A stretch of 63,809 nucleotides of DNA, the filler included, from Sphacelaria rigidula (Eukaryota): NCBI GenBank assembly GCA_964200075.2. It is 11 parts of 11 records of this genome, joined end to end, with 100 filler letters (N's around TTAATTAATTAA, not from the genome) between each part and the next. Parts side by side here need not be neighbours in the genome. Positions count along the whole stretch, not along the records: positions 11,621 to 17,330 come from CAXNAA020025064.1; positions 17,431 to 23,140 come from CAXNAA020025065.1; positions 23,241 to 28,950 come from CAXNAA020025066.1; 8 more parts are not named here. One strand, written 5' to 3'. The translations under genes and the position numbers were made by a program. The notes under the pieces were generated by a model. It was not told where the DNA came from. It worked only from the letters and a program-made list of their open reading frames with translations, and made no database searches. Of the stretch, positions 11,850 to 24,370 are shown piece by piece (position 1 is the stretch's first letter; each line of letters starts with the position of its first letter).

Positions 11850-14800
11850 GAGAGGTTCAGACTTCTGTGTCAGAGGATGATATGGCGGAGGTGGAGTTCA
11901 GGAAGACGGTCAACGACTGGACCCGTAGGGACAACACGCAGTACGTGTACCGCCACGCCAGGACTGGTCGCCCAGCCAAGCTGATGGATGCAGGGAGGCC
12001 GTGGACGGTGAAGGGGGAGCAGCGCCAGAAACCGGTGAGTATTCTCGTTTCGGGGGGGAGTTCCCACATGCGTCGGTCGAGGACAATCACCTTTTGATGG
12101 TAATATGCGAAAGATATATACGTGGAGGTGGCATGTCTCTCAATCCCCTGCCGTCCCCTTTTGGTAACACGCGAGTGTTTGTCACTTCAGTGGTTTTCCA
12201 CTCGTTTTGTCTTGGATACAGTGTGTCTACAACATGACTACGGGTGGGTTCGTAGTGAATCGGCGAGTGTACGAAGATCAAACCAATCAAACCATTTAGT
12301 TGCAGAGAATGTCCATTGAAGTGTGGGTCAGGATCTCTGCAAGCAAAAGTGTTTTCACTGCAGTAGTGATCCAAAGTACATCGAAAACTCGTTCGGTGAA
12401 ATGATTTTTCCCTACACCCCTTCACTGGAGTGTGACGCGATTTCTTGCACGGTTAGAACAAGTCAGAGTTCAAACGAGTTGACTCCTCATGAAATGACAG
12501 GATTCCACCTGTATAAATTGTTGGTCCCGCTGAGTCGAGGGTGGATAACACAGATGCAATGCAGGCATCTTGCGCGCATAAAACATGGGAGAAAAGTACG
12601 CGTGATTCAGGGCCCATGATTTGAGAGGAGTCAACTATGTGCCGAATCTTTGTCCCGCATCAACCCGGAGGTGGGAAACATATACGGGCGCTCACCTCGA
12701 CCGACTCAATCAAGCAAGTTGTATATGCCATTCACGCCTCATGATGGTGAGAAGTGGGTGGTGGCATGTACAATCGAGTAGTTCAAATTACAGTACAGGG
12801 GATGAATGTGTGCCGATGATAAACCCCGCATGAACGGAATGTAGGAAACAGGTACCTTTGACATGCACTGCAAGGCTCACGAGCTGAAAATATGTATAAA
12901 TTACAGATGATGCACGAATCGTATGAGTTTTTCGTTGAAAATGATGAATACGAGTTGAATCACGGTTTGATTCATCCCAACCGTGAAAACCCACCGCCGA
13001 AACTCCGACACTCCGTTTGGACACTTTTTTGTAATCCTCTTAACCATACTAGTTCGATATTTGTGACTCGCGGTCAAGTGAACTGTATCGTAAACAGGGC
13101 ACACTCATGCTGCGAGTTTTAGTACGCGATCCAACTTCAGTTTTGGAGGGTTACACCTCCTCTCAATTACTTGGATTTAGAGTAATCTCTTCTCCCCACA
13201 CCAGATAGTAAAGCAACTCATTGTAAGCTGTCATCCAAAGGCAAGATAATCAGCAGACTTCGGGCCGAGCGATCTTAGCCGGATGCAGCTCACCCTTCAN
13301 NNNNNNNNNGCTTCGCGCTTGTTGTTTGTGTGTGAGCCTGGTTCGGCGAAAACCCGGCGTGCTCCGTCCCGGCTTTGTAGGGATGCGAGGTCACTGGTCT
13401 TGTGACTTTGGCATGCATGCTCATGAGTAACCCCCCCCCCTCCCCCCCCTGAAATGTGGGATTGAGAAAAGTAATGGGAGTGGTGCTCAATGTTCGAACT
13501 TCTGTGCGACCTTCTGATGTATGACGTGAAATGACACTAGTTTTTTCGTGGCGCAATCATGAAGGAACACCAAAACCCCGTCCAGGGTCGATCGGTGATG
13601 TTTCTGCCGGTTCTTCATCCTGTCCATCCTGTGTGATGCGTGCACGATCAGAGCGTTCCATAGAAGTTGGCCCGCGACTGTTATGCCGATACGTTACGGT
13701 GCTTGGCGGGGGTGGATGTACCACGAGAATGCGCCTTCGTGCCAGCGCAAGGCGCGTGGTGATGGCCACAGGTTGCTCGAGGGCTGACATGATTGGGAGG
13801 ACAGCAATCATCGACCTCGATACCGTGATTGGAACATGGTACTTGAACTGTTGTACGGTGCTTACAGCTGCTGCGCGCACCTTGGAAACTGGTGTGCGAT
13901 GATGCTGTCGGTGGCTCCTCGCTTGAATCATTTGACCCGCCGGTTGGGGTTGTGAATTCACGTGTTGTCGGTAAGTATGTGGTAAAGGGAGAGTCCCGGC
14001 ACAGTGCGGGTTTGCGCCATAGTGCGGTCGAAATCGCGTGCCATGAGTCCAAGCCGCTGTACTGTTATGAAGTAATTGCAGTATACCAGTATAGTGCGGG
14101 TTCCCAAAATAGTGCGGTCAGTGCGTACGTGTCTGTGTGCGTTTGTGTCTCTCTCTGTGTTCACCAATTTACGTACTGCATCACACCTGCTGGCGAGCAG
14201 AACATTAGCGCTGGTGCAAAAAGGAAAAAGGAAAACGTTCGACAAGAGCGCCCCGACTATCCATTGCTAGAGAGTGGCCTCGTCTCCCTAGCGTTTTGCA
14301 TTTGTGGTGCAATGATTTCTCCTAAAGCGGCAGACGCTCGTTTTTTTTTTTTTCCTCGTCACCGTGTTGCAACTGTGCCTCATGCACGTCATGTCACTTT
14401 CCTCACCGAAAAATATCTAAGCCTGTGCATACTTGACACTGGGGGCCTGTCGGGGAAAACAAAACAGGTACCAGACGAGTGAGAACGGAGTATGCTTCGA
14501 TTCGGACGTGGAAATTTGTCTCGTTTTGTTTGTTCATGAGCGCTTTTTGTCCCGTCGTCCTGATCCCATGTATATTTTTTCTTTTTATCAATTGGGCTTT
14601 TTCCCGTTTATTTCAAGTCGTTCACCTTGAAGGCACATCTGAAGCGTGTAGCTCCGGCTATGTCGTCGAGAGTTTTTCTATGTGAGAGAACCAACTAACC
14701 AACCAACTGACCGATCGATGTGCTATCGCCCCCCGGGTCCCGTTCCTCTTTGTCTACCCTCCTCGCCCCGGATGACTTCATCTCCGTATCAGCTGCTTGA

Positions 14801-14893
14801 CTGCTCTTTCTGCAACGGTACAGGGAGGGTGAAGTGCGAGCAGTGTAAGGCAGTGGGATTGAGCTACGACGGCAGCCCCCAGATTTGCTCCAG
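11850..14893 (+). CDS. Internal exons of a DnaJ-type (CxxCxGxG) zinc-finger protein
   Basis: Exon 11850-12034 (gcag|...CCG|gtgagt) and exon 14793-14893 (tcag|...CAG|gtaact) join in phase 0, giving ..EQRQKP|LLDCSFCNGTGRVKCEQCKAVGLSYDGSPQICS. Both ends of the gene are missing. Confidence 0.65.
13211..13450 (+). mobile_element. Long copy of the poly(C)-associated SINE-like element
   Basis: aagcaactcattgtaagctgtcatcc...gcagctcaccctt...gtgctccgtcccggctttgtagggatgcg...gagtaa(C)n. Homologous to 32128-32359 and 48923-49161 (both on the minus strand). Confidence 0.8.
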
Positions 14894-15274
14894 GTAACTG
14901 ACGCGTACCCCAGGATATGTGTGGATCACCTTGACTAAGCATGGTTGAAGGGACCACGCGTCGGGTATAAGTATGACCATCGCTTGCGCAAACAATTGGT
15001 TTCTAGCGACAGAGGTTGTGAAAGCTGTCGGATGGAAGTTCGACTCGACAACAGCTCCCCACTTATATTTTGCTGGACATGGGCACGCAATTCTGTGTGC
15101 TTTTTGTTTTCATCAATCGCGTTATTCCGACAAGAAAACATTTTGGAGATTTAGTGAAGCCTTGGTTACCGTTGTTCAGATGTTGCACCTCTGGCTCTCA
15201 CGCCGCAGTACACGCATAAGCTTGAAGCTACTTCAACAGTATTGCTAGTCAATAAAAGCTTCACTGACACGGCT

Positions 15275-16780
15275 GAGTTTTGTTCATCATGAATTGGGAA
15301 TGTGTACACTTGAAGTGGTGTTGACCGAATGAAAAGTGGAAAAAATATATGAATCACAGTTTCTGTACGAATCACTGGTGGGAAACGTGTACACTTGATT
15401 CATCTCGCATACATGACAATAGAAAACATGGTTCATGCCGTATGAATGATCGACGAGAAACATATAAGTATGATTCATGCCGTATGAACGATGATTGAGA
15501 AACCTGTACACTTGATTCATCTCGTACGAATGGAAGGCGAGGAGCATGTGCATATGGTTCATGTTGCATGAATGAAAGATGGGGAGCATGCAAGCCTCAT
15601 TCACCTCATACGCATGTATGTGATTCATGATGCGTGAATGAAAAGGGATAAATACATTTCCATGTTTCATGCCGTATGAATGGAAGGTGGAAAATATGTA
15701 CACGTGGTTTATGCCGCACCAAGAAAAGGGGGACATGTACCTATGATTCATGCCGTATGAATGAAAAGTTCAGCACTTCTGTCTTATGTTGTCCGCTGCA
15801 TAGATTGTACAGTACTGTGCTGTGCTGTACAGTACTGTGCTGTGCTGTGCTGTGCTGTGCTGTGCTGTGCTGTGCTGTGCTGTGCTGTGCTGTGCTGTGC
15901 TGTGCTGTGCTGTACCGTGCTGTACCGTGCTGTACCGTGCTGTCCCGTGCTGTCTACAGACTGCAGTGTGCAGTGTTCACTGCCGGAGTTTTGCCGACCT
16001 CACGGGAAAATGCGGGGACGATTATTCCAGTACTGCTGCTGTCTCCGTACTGATTTGTATATTCAGGCCACCCGTACCACAAAACACAACAGGAACCCAT
16101 AGAACGGCCGTAAACAGCTTGTCTCGGGAAAATAAACAGCTGCTAGGACAATCGCACTGGGCACGCAGATGCGTGCGGGGCTGTGCTATACCTCAGTGCA
16201 CGCCGCCGGAGCTTTCCTTATAACTCACGCGAATATGCGGGGACGACTCGTCCTGGTGCTTCCTTCGCAGGCCTTCGTGGTGTTGTATACAGTATTTTCA
16301 GGCCAACTGTGCCACAAAACACAACATGGAACCATGAAGGTTGTCAGCAGCAAAACTCGGGGAAGTAAGTAGCTGGAATAACCGCTATGGGTATCCAGAC
16401 GCGTATGCTGTAGTCTGTACTCTGCGCTGTACCATGTTTACGGTCTCTCGTGTTTCGTGTGAGTGTAGCCTCTAAAATTGGGCTTATCGTATTGTTGGCT
16501 CTGAAGACGTTCGCGTCCTGCTCGCTCTCGTTTGCACACCCCACCTGCAAATAGGCCGCGCCACCGAAGAGTCGCGCCCCATGCAATGAACGTTGGGGAA
16601 CATATACGTGTGGTTCATGTTGCATGAGTGGGATTGGGAAACATGTACATATGATTCATGCCGCATGGATGGAAGGTGAAAACATGGACCTGTGATACAT
16701 TTTACATGGATTTAAGGGGAGACACATGTACCCATGATTTATACCACACGAATGAAAGGTAGGAAAAATGCACCTTCGAC
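15275..16780. repeat. ~38-bp minisatellite (core TGATTCATGCCGTATGAATG) split by a ~0.8-kb insert carrying (CTGTG)n
   Basis: About 12 degenerate units at 15275-15765 and several more at 16600-16780. The intervening 15775-16590 holds (CTGTG)n at ~15815-15955 and a direct repeat at ~16010-16130/16233-16365. Confidence 0.8.
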
Positions 16781-18185
16781 GGTGTACTTCATGAAATGCC
16801 ACGCGGGAATATTTACGGTGTTGCACGAATCACGAGCCCCAAACATGAAGGAATGGTACTTTGTGTACGAATCGTATGATATATTTTTTCAAATTTTGAA
16901 TATAGGACGAATCACGATTTTATTCGATCGACCGTCACAACGTTTGTAACAACCGAAAATCAGAAACCACTCGGAATCAAAATTTTTCTGCTGGGGTTTG
17001 AACCCTTAACTCCGTCCTTACCAGCTTCAGGATGTACGTCGATTGAAATCTACGCCGGTACCCTCCTTCAAGTGTGTTTTTTTAGTACCCAATCGCCCGT
17101 GTCTCCCCCTCCCCCCTTCATGATTCTCCACCGTTCTTGTGTCAAGTTTTCCAATCTAGAATATCAGAAACCATGGATTTTTTCACGAGCAATTAGTTCA
17201 TCATGGATTATTTCCCCGTTTGTCCTTCACGTCGACACACATCTCTTCAAACTTGATGCGAGTCAGTTGTTTAATCCACTTGACAAATTTTAGCGCTTTA
17301 ACACACCCACCACCACCCCCCCCCCCCCACNNNNNNNNNNNNNNNNNNNNNNNNNNNNNNNNNNNNNNNNNNNNTTAATTAATTAANNNNNNNNNNNNNN
17401 NNNNNNNNNNNNNNNNNNNNNNNNNNNNNNGCACACGTGGAATAAAAAAATGACTCACTTCAAGCGAATGATTAAAGCCACTCTCAATCGAAGATCTACT
17501 CTCAATCTCACGAAAACGTTGTTAACGGCAGGTGACATCATCATTTTCCTTATTTTGCCGGCGACGGCGAACAAACGACGAGATCAGCACGATGTCCGTA
17601 GTGACATATATATGTTTACCCATTGAACCAGTGAGCGCTCACTTGGTCAATGGGTACACTGGTCGCTTCCTGAATAAGGTACCCAACAGCAACATCAGAT
17701 CTTGATAGTGACGGGCCGCTGGGAGCTCTCCTAAATTTGAGTACTTATCTCAAAAACATATGTATCTTCGATAATAGAGGGCCTAAAACAAAGCTGCCTC
17801 AGCGCTCGTATCATTCTAAGCCTATCGGTACAAAGACGGGGCGAATAACCGATCAGAGCCCTCGCAGGTGGCAGCTGTTTTTTTTAGCAGTCGACGTCGC
17901 TGAGGCTACCCGCCAATGCAGCGGGTGCAGCCACCGCCGTGAGGAGAATGAGCACATTGCAATTTGTAGATATCGTTGGAATCGGTCAAATTATATCACA
18001 AGGATAAGAGCTATTCTGCTGGTTTGTGCGAGGAGCGGTGCTGCTCTATCGACAGTTCGTGGCAAGTTGTACGATAGGTATGTGAGAGCGAGGAAACACA
18101 GGTGATGCGCGGTAGCCTTGACAATATCCGCGGTTGGAATATCGACGGTATATTATGAAAAGTTCAAGTTGTAAAATACGGTACG

Positions 18186-18420
18186 TGTGCGTAGTCGTCC
18201 CATTTATTTTGGGCACCAGTCTACACCTTTTGGTTTATGTGGGCGCATCAGCCGGGGTCACACAGGAGGAAGGTTAACACAGGAGCTTTTTCTTTTTTAC
18301 TTGATTTTAATACCCCACCTTCCTTCTGCGGTGCTGACCTATATTTTTATCGCGAGAAGGGTCCAGCAGTCCCTTTCCTTCGTCGACCGTTAATTAAGTC
18401 GAATTTTGTGTACCCACGAC
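18186..18420 (-). mobile_element. Copy of the tRNA-derived SINE lacking the tRNA head
   Basis: Shares gcatcagccggggtcacacaggaggaaggt.aacacaggag and ttttgtgtacccacgac with 51147-51787. Confidence 0.75.
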
Positions 18421-19120
18421 ATCATAGTCGGTACGTGGTAACTACTGTTGTTTCACCGAACTGCAAAAGAGCGGCTCTTGTTCAGCGCGTCTGGTGTTCC
18501 TACACAAAACTTTCACGATGCCCACCTACCCTGACGTGGGACGTTGAGCGCGTTGAGCAGGCTCGACCATTTCATACAAGTCCGGGAGCAACACGCAAAT
18601 TCCATGTGCTTGGGGGACGATCGAGACGGGAAAACTTCTCCAACCCTTATTGTACTGTCAAATTACTGACATGGAACGTTCTTGCATACGCCGCTGCGCA
18701 CCCTCCTCCACCAGCTCCATGCATCCCACTCCATCCTGCCCAGCTCGTTGGCATGCACAGAAATCTTCCGACGCAGTCGAACGTGGCGGGCTGGCTAAAG
18801 ATCCACCATGTCCGAATGGACTTTGTTGCCTACTGTGTCTGAAGCGCAGCAGCAGCAGCACTATTCGAGAACCAGTAGTAGCATATCCTTCTCTCATTTA
18901 TTATTCGGATCCATATGTTGTAAAGGTGAAACAAAACTCTCCGTCACTGCTTTGCTCTTCTATAGCAAGTAGCAGCTGCAAAAACTCCCAAGCTGCTGCA
19001 GCTCCGTGGTGCTCTCCATGAAGACTATATGACTTCGCTGCGGGCAGCACCCCACATGCGAAATAAGAGAGGCAGATCTCAACGGAATAAACTGCCCATT
19101 TCTAGACACCTGCCCCTTGA

Positions 19121-19292
19121 CCCTTGGACAGCGAAAGTAGGTTATCTGTTGAATCGGTATCAATTTCAGTTGAAAAAAGTAAATTTGATCCAGAAAGACC
19201 GCGAGAAAGATTAGTCTTGCTGGATCATGCATACTTTTTTTCACTTGAAATTGATGCTGATTCAACAGAAGACTAACTTCACGGTGTGAGGG
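19121..19292. mobile_element. piggyBac-like MITE, followed directly by a second partial copy
   Basis: ttga|CCCTTGGAC...GTGTGAGGG|ttaa with internal inverted arms (tctgttgaatcggtatcaatttca / tgaaattgatgctgattcaacaga). Another left end starts at 19297. Confidence 0.65.
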
Positions 19293-20220
19293 TTAAGCCT
19301 TGGACGGTGAGAGAGAGTGGGTTCGTCATCTCTTGAATCGACATCAGTTCCACTCGAAAAACGTATCCCACATATTGATACGCGAATTTTATGGGGAACT
19401 TCGAAAAAAAATGGTCAAAAGGTGCTGTTCAGTAGATGGACACGCCTGGACGATCTGCTGTCGTTCATGTCGTCTCATGAAAAAAAGGGGTCGGCGGATC
19501 CTCTCCATGTCGATAACGCGTTGTCATGCCGTGTTGGACGAATGGTACGCAACACTGTCCTAAGAGCCGTTAGCAATACACAGGGACTGCTCCAAACCCT
19601 GAATGTGGAGTAAGAGGAGCAGGTTGTACGCTCCCGCCATAACGGTGTAGTATCGGAAAATATTTGAAAGCAGTGTAGACGCTAAAATTAGCTCTCACCT
19701 CGGTCCAAATGCCGAATTTCATGTAGTAGAAGCTATCAACTCGAAGTAATGTGGGGTCAGACCCACATCGGTGTTGTACCGAGCCACTGAGGCATTGAGC
19801 CTTTACAAGAGAAGCACTGAACGTTTCTCCGCACTTCGGGTGGTTGGCACCGACCGGCCCGCACTGTATCTTTTTTTCATTCACTCAACCATTCGACCAT
19901 CGGGGAACGCCACCACAGTCATGTACGTTTCCCAAGTGAAAATGATGCCGATCCCGCAGATGACCTCGCGTGGAGGCCAAATGGTTGGCTCGGTTCAACT
20001 GCGTTGCGGCGGCGGGCACCTTGTTCGATTGTTTCATTCGCTCGTTTCATTCGGTTGCGACATCTCATTTGACCGCCGATTTTCTGGCTGCAGGCGCTTT
20101 CCAGGCTCACGCCCCTCTCCCCCCACCCCTGTCAGTACCATCACACAACCCAACCAGCGATCAGCAACACTACTCTTCATATATACCGACAGAGATCCCT
20201 ACTTCCTACCGAGTACAACA

Positions 20221-20323
20221 ATGCGAGCAGTAATCAAGTTGCTTGTTCTTCTCGCGGTGGTGGCTGCACCGACGGCCTTCGCTGGGAGCGTCAGGGACGT
20301 CGACCACTACGAGAGATCGGGCT
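20221..20323 (+). CDS. First exon of a signal-peptide-bearing (secreted or organellar) protein
   Basis: acaacaATG context; MRAVIKLLVLLAVVAAPTAFAGSVRDVDHYERSG has basic-hydrophobic-AxA signal peptide architecture; strong donor T|gtaagt. Downstream exons were not identified. Confidence 0.6.
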
Positions 20324-22944
20324 GTAAGTGACTGTTGTTCCGGATATTTATTTTCTCGTTTTCTTGTTGTACAATCCTTTCAAATATAGGATGGAACTGC
20401 GATAGCTACCGAAACTGGTCGGCTGTATATTCTACACCCTTGTCCACATATATGTAGCTCTTTTTTTACGGTCCTCTCCTGACATTCAATCATTTCGCGA
20501 CGGAACCATCGCCAATTCTCGCCTGACGGGAAATGATGTGAGTAAACCGAGAAACAAGACCTCCGCAAGTGAAACACAGATTTATATGAGCATTATCGAG
20601 GTAAACAATGTAAGGTCAACGCTGATCGTAAATGAAAGACTTTAATCAAACGATCAAAAATAATCTCATCAAAATTACTGCACGGTTCTCTGAGAAGGTT
20701 GATGAACAAGCATTGTCGGGTCACGAGGTGAAGATATGTTTTTGATCGACAAGACAGCAGGCCTACACCGATCACCTATTCAACGCTCTCATGTGAGCAA
20801 CTTCCGGCCCTGCACAACCTCAGGACCGCTCAAGGGTTGCACTGGCTTGTGCGCGCGCAAAGGGAGAAACACACCTTTGCACGGCATGAGTGAAACATAC
20901 AGGTTGCAATACTTTTGATGTTACGAGAAGCGCGCCAACGCTGCCTCGCCATCATCCGACCTGCTTTCGCGTGGAACTACTGTCCGTGGTGCAATTCGTG
21001 TCCGAACGTCAATGTTTGCTGTTCCATGCGATCTACTCGCCTAGTCCACGATTCGCGCGTCTAGGGTTAGGGTTGGTTTGACGCGCGGAATCCTTCGTGC
21101 CAGCATTATCCACGACGAAGTTTTGAAAGGTGTGTGTGCGGTCGACGTTTCCCATCCAGCAAGCCAAACACGCGAGTCACAGCTTTGGCAGAAGAAGCGT
21201 TGGAGAAAACAGCGTGATCATTGAGTGGTGATCCCGAGGGACTTCACTCGTTTTTTTCCTTTTTAGAATCATCGGGATTATTCGACTAGCTGCCGCATGG
21301 CTCGCTGATCGCAATTTACATTCCTGTATGTCGAGTGGTTTTTGCTCTGGGCACGTTCAACATGTTATCATAATCCCGATTTTTCGTGGTAGCATCATGA
21401 ACGCCAAATGAACCGATCATGCTCGATAACATCGTGTTATATCATAGTATACGAAAAACACGCTTCTTGCGGTTGCTTCAACACCTTGCTGGAGAGACCC
21501 GGCCCGATTGGGGTCGACAGTCATTGGCATACCAAGACCAACGTTACCCATACTAAAACATCCACAACCCTGTTCCACTATGGGTTACGCATCGTCAGTG
21601 GTTTTCATGTTCAGACCGGCCTAAAAATACACGGGTGCAGGGTGCATGATCGTGCTGCAGCCCGGCAAACAGCCGGTGTATGTGTATATCAACCTGCAAA
21701 GAGCGGGTGTCGGAGAAATTCTTTACAGGGCTTCAACCCATTTTACACGCCCGCCGATAAAAGTATCACATATATGTCCGTTCGCTATTGTGATCGTCAT
21801 TACGCAAGGGAGATAACCATTATTCATGTCTTCAGGACTTTCGAGGCCAGTCACGGCGAGGTTGTTGATGAAAAAGTCAAGCAAATCCCGACTCTGCTGT
21901 GCATGCATCGCCGGGTGCGTCTCATCCAGGCACAACACAATCTCGAGACGTAATAGTCGGGTCAGTCACCATGTGGAGAGTTGTTTTATCGATGAGACTG
22001 CGCACCTAGGCGGGTCACTTTCTCACCGCTCTCCCGTTACCGATTGTTGTCGACCTCGCAACACCGTGGGGACAGCAATATTTGTTTAAACAACGTGCGA
22101 AGAAAATGATACATACGGTACACGGGCGAAGGGCGTCCGTGGCGTATGGCTTCCTTTTCGATCATACAATCGAGTACGCCACCCAAGGCTTCCCTACCAT
22201 CATGTGGCCTGCTGAAGCGTCGAGTGGTTGTACGTGGTGCAGTTCACGTCAGAACGATGTTTCCTTGAAATGCGCTCTTCTACTCGCTTGTTGCACAGTT
22301 TGGCGTGATTACAGTGTGAAATTAGACTAATGTGCGCACATTTCCGTCTATTTACAATGGGTACTGCTGGCACGGAGCAACGGCGTCAGCCTTGTATGTC
22401 TTGCAGAAGGAGGAAGGATGTCAGCTTCAGTACTGATGCCCGCCGACTTCACTTATTTTCCGACATTCAGATAGGTGGACGGGCCAGGTTGCTGCTGAAT
22501 GATTCATCGGTAGTAGGCGTCATCCAGGGATCCCTGACCCTCGAGTGTTTCGTTGTTCTGGGCACGTTCAAGAAATGGTTAATATCTTCAAACTCTCCTG
22601 TTAGAAATATGAACGTCAACGTAATTTATCACGTACTATCTCGCACTGTTATATCGGTAGAGAGTATGTGGGAGCTATTTTGGCGTAGACGGCGTACTAC
22701 ATTTCTGGGGTGGAGGACACGGCCCGATCGGGGTTGAGGTGGTGATGGGGATGCACGGGAGACCAACGTTTGAGATACCAAGATAATCACAACAACCCCA
22801 TTCGATTACAAGGCGGTTACCAGTAGTGGTCTTAGTGTTTCACCCATGAACAGTGGATTCTCGAAACCCAGTAGTGGCCTCCGTGTTTCTCCCATTAACA
22901 GTGGATTCTCGAACATGGGGTTGAAAAAAGACAAGTGAGGATAA

Positions 22945-23042
22945 CCCTTAGACCGCAAGGTTAGTCTTCTGTTGAATCGGCATCAATTTCAAGAGAAAAA
23001 AATTATGCATGACCCAGAAAGACTAATCTCGCGGTCTAGGGG
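22945..23042. mobile_element. 98-bp piggyBac-like MITE
   Basis: ataa|CCCTTAGACCGCAAGGTTAGTCTT...AAGACTAATCTCGCGGTCTAGGGG|ttaa: ~24-bp TIRs, CCC termini and a TTAA-like target site. Confidence 0.75.
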
Positions 23043-23413
23043 TTAAACTAAAAGCCGTCCCTTCCCTGACATAAATTCATGTCATTCTCCATTTCCTAGT
23101 GTATTCTAGCGCCTTGCCTATCTGTGTCTGTAGCACTTCTNNNNNNNNNNNNNNNNNNNNNNNNNNNNNNNNNNNNNNNNNNNNTTAATTAATTAANNNN
23201 NNNNNNNNNNNNNNNNNNNNNNNNNNNNNNNNNNNNNNNNAAAAAATTCGTTTTGAACCCGCGGCTGCCCGTACTGTTCAGTACTGCGGTTGCCTCGATT
23301 AACGACAGCACCTTTCATAACCAACTTTTTTAGGACCGATCCTCCTCTCCTGGAAGTCGCTGCCGTGCCGCCGCTATGTGCTGTTGGTTGTTGCTGCTGT
23401 GTGTTGCTGCTGG

Positions 23414-23414
23414 G

Positions 23415-23471
<57 letters not shown>
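23414..23471. repeat. (GTT)n microsatellite
   Basis: About 19 GTT units. Confidence 0.95.
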
Positions 23472-24029
23472 GGTATGTTGTTGTTGCTGTTTCCACCGTG
23501 CTTCCTGCTGCCCTGGTTGGCTGTTTTTGTCCCGCTTGTGTTGTTTTTGCCTCTACCACCTACTGTCGGCTGTACTTTTCTCGCTCACTATCACATCGTA
23601 TGTTGTCATGTGCACGTGCATTTTCTGCCCTCATGTTTTTCATAACCTTGCTTCGATCTGATCGCACAGTTTTCATTTCGTCATTGTTGCGTGCATTGTA
23701 TCACCTTCGCCTGATCTACACCTGGTCAGCCATAACATCATCGCTATACCTTACCAGCAGTGATCGTGTTCTAGACATTCTCTATATTATCCCGGTAGTT
23801 TTATTGTAGAGCAACCCACCATGATCAGTATGTACTTTGTTTCCAGGGTTGCATTTTCCTTGTGGCCGTGAGGATTTGTGGAATGCGCATGCAGTATAGT
23901 TTCCATTTCTACTTCAATCTTGTTTGCTTTTCTTTCATTTTACATACTCATATTGTCCGCATCTCCGGGTGTCGCGTCTACCATGACTGTCTTTTGAGCC
24001 CCTCGATGGTACTTTGAGTGTTTTACAAT

Positions 24030-24370
24030 TTTGTGCCGCCGTCGTCTTGCTCTTTCGAGCTGCACTATTTTTCATTTGATGTCCGGGAAATTTTGTATTT
24101 TATTTTGATTGTCTCATCATTTGCGCCGCCGTCGTCTTGCCCTTCCGAGCTGCACTATTTTTCATTTCATGTTCTGGAAATTTTGTATTTTATTTTGATT
24201 GTCTCATCATTTGCGCCGCCATCGTCTTGCTCTTTCGAGCTGCACTATTTTTCATTTCATGTTCTGGAAATTTTGTATTTTATTTTGATTGTCTCATCAT
24301 TTACGCCGCCGTCGTCTTGCTCTTTCGAGCTGCACTATTTTAAATTTTATGTTTTGGTAATTTTGTATAG
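24030..24370. repeat. 90-bp tandem repeat, ~3.7 copies
   Basis: Unit gccgccgtcgtcttgctctttcgagctgcactatttttcatttcatgttctggaaattttgtattttattttgattgtctcatcattt, recurring every 90 bp. Confidence 0.92.

Noticed and set aside
15275..15765. CRISPR-like repeat/spacer pattern
   Set aside because: The inter-core segments are short and mutually homologous, there are no cas genes, and the context is eukaryotic. It is a minisatellite.
15676..16223. Cys-rich (CCAVL)n ORFs
   Set aside because: Translation of the (CTGTG)n microsatellite in all three frames.
23290..23809. Poly-Val/Cys/Leu/Asn ORFs
   Set aside because: Translation of the (GTT)n microsatellite.
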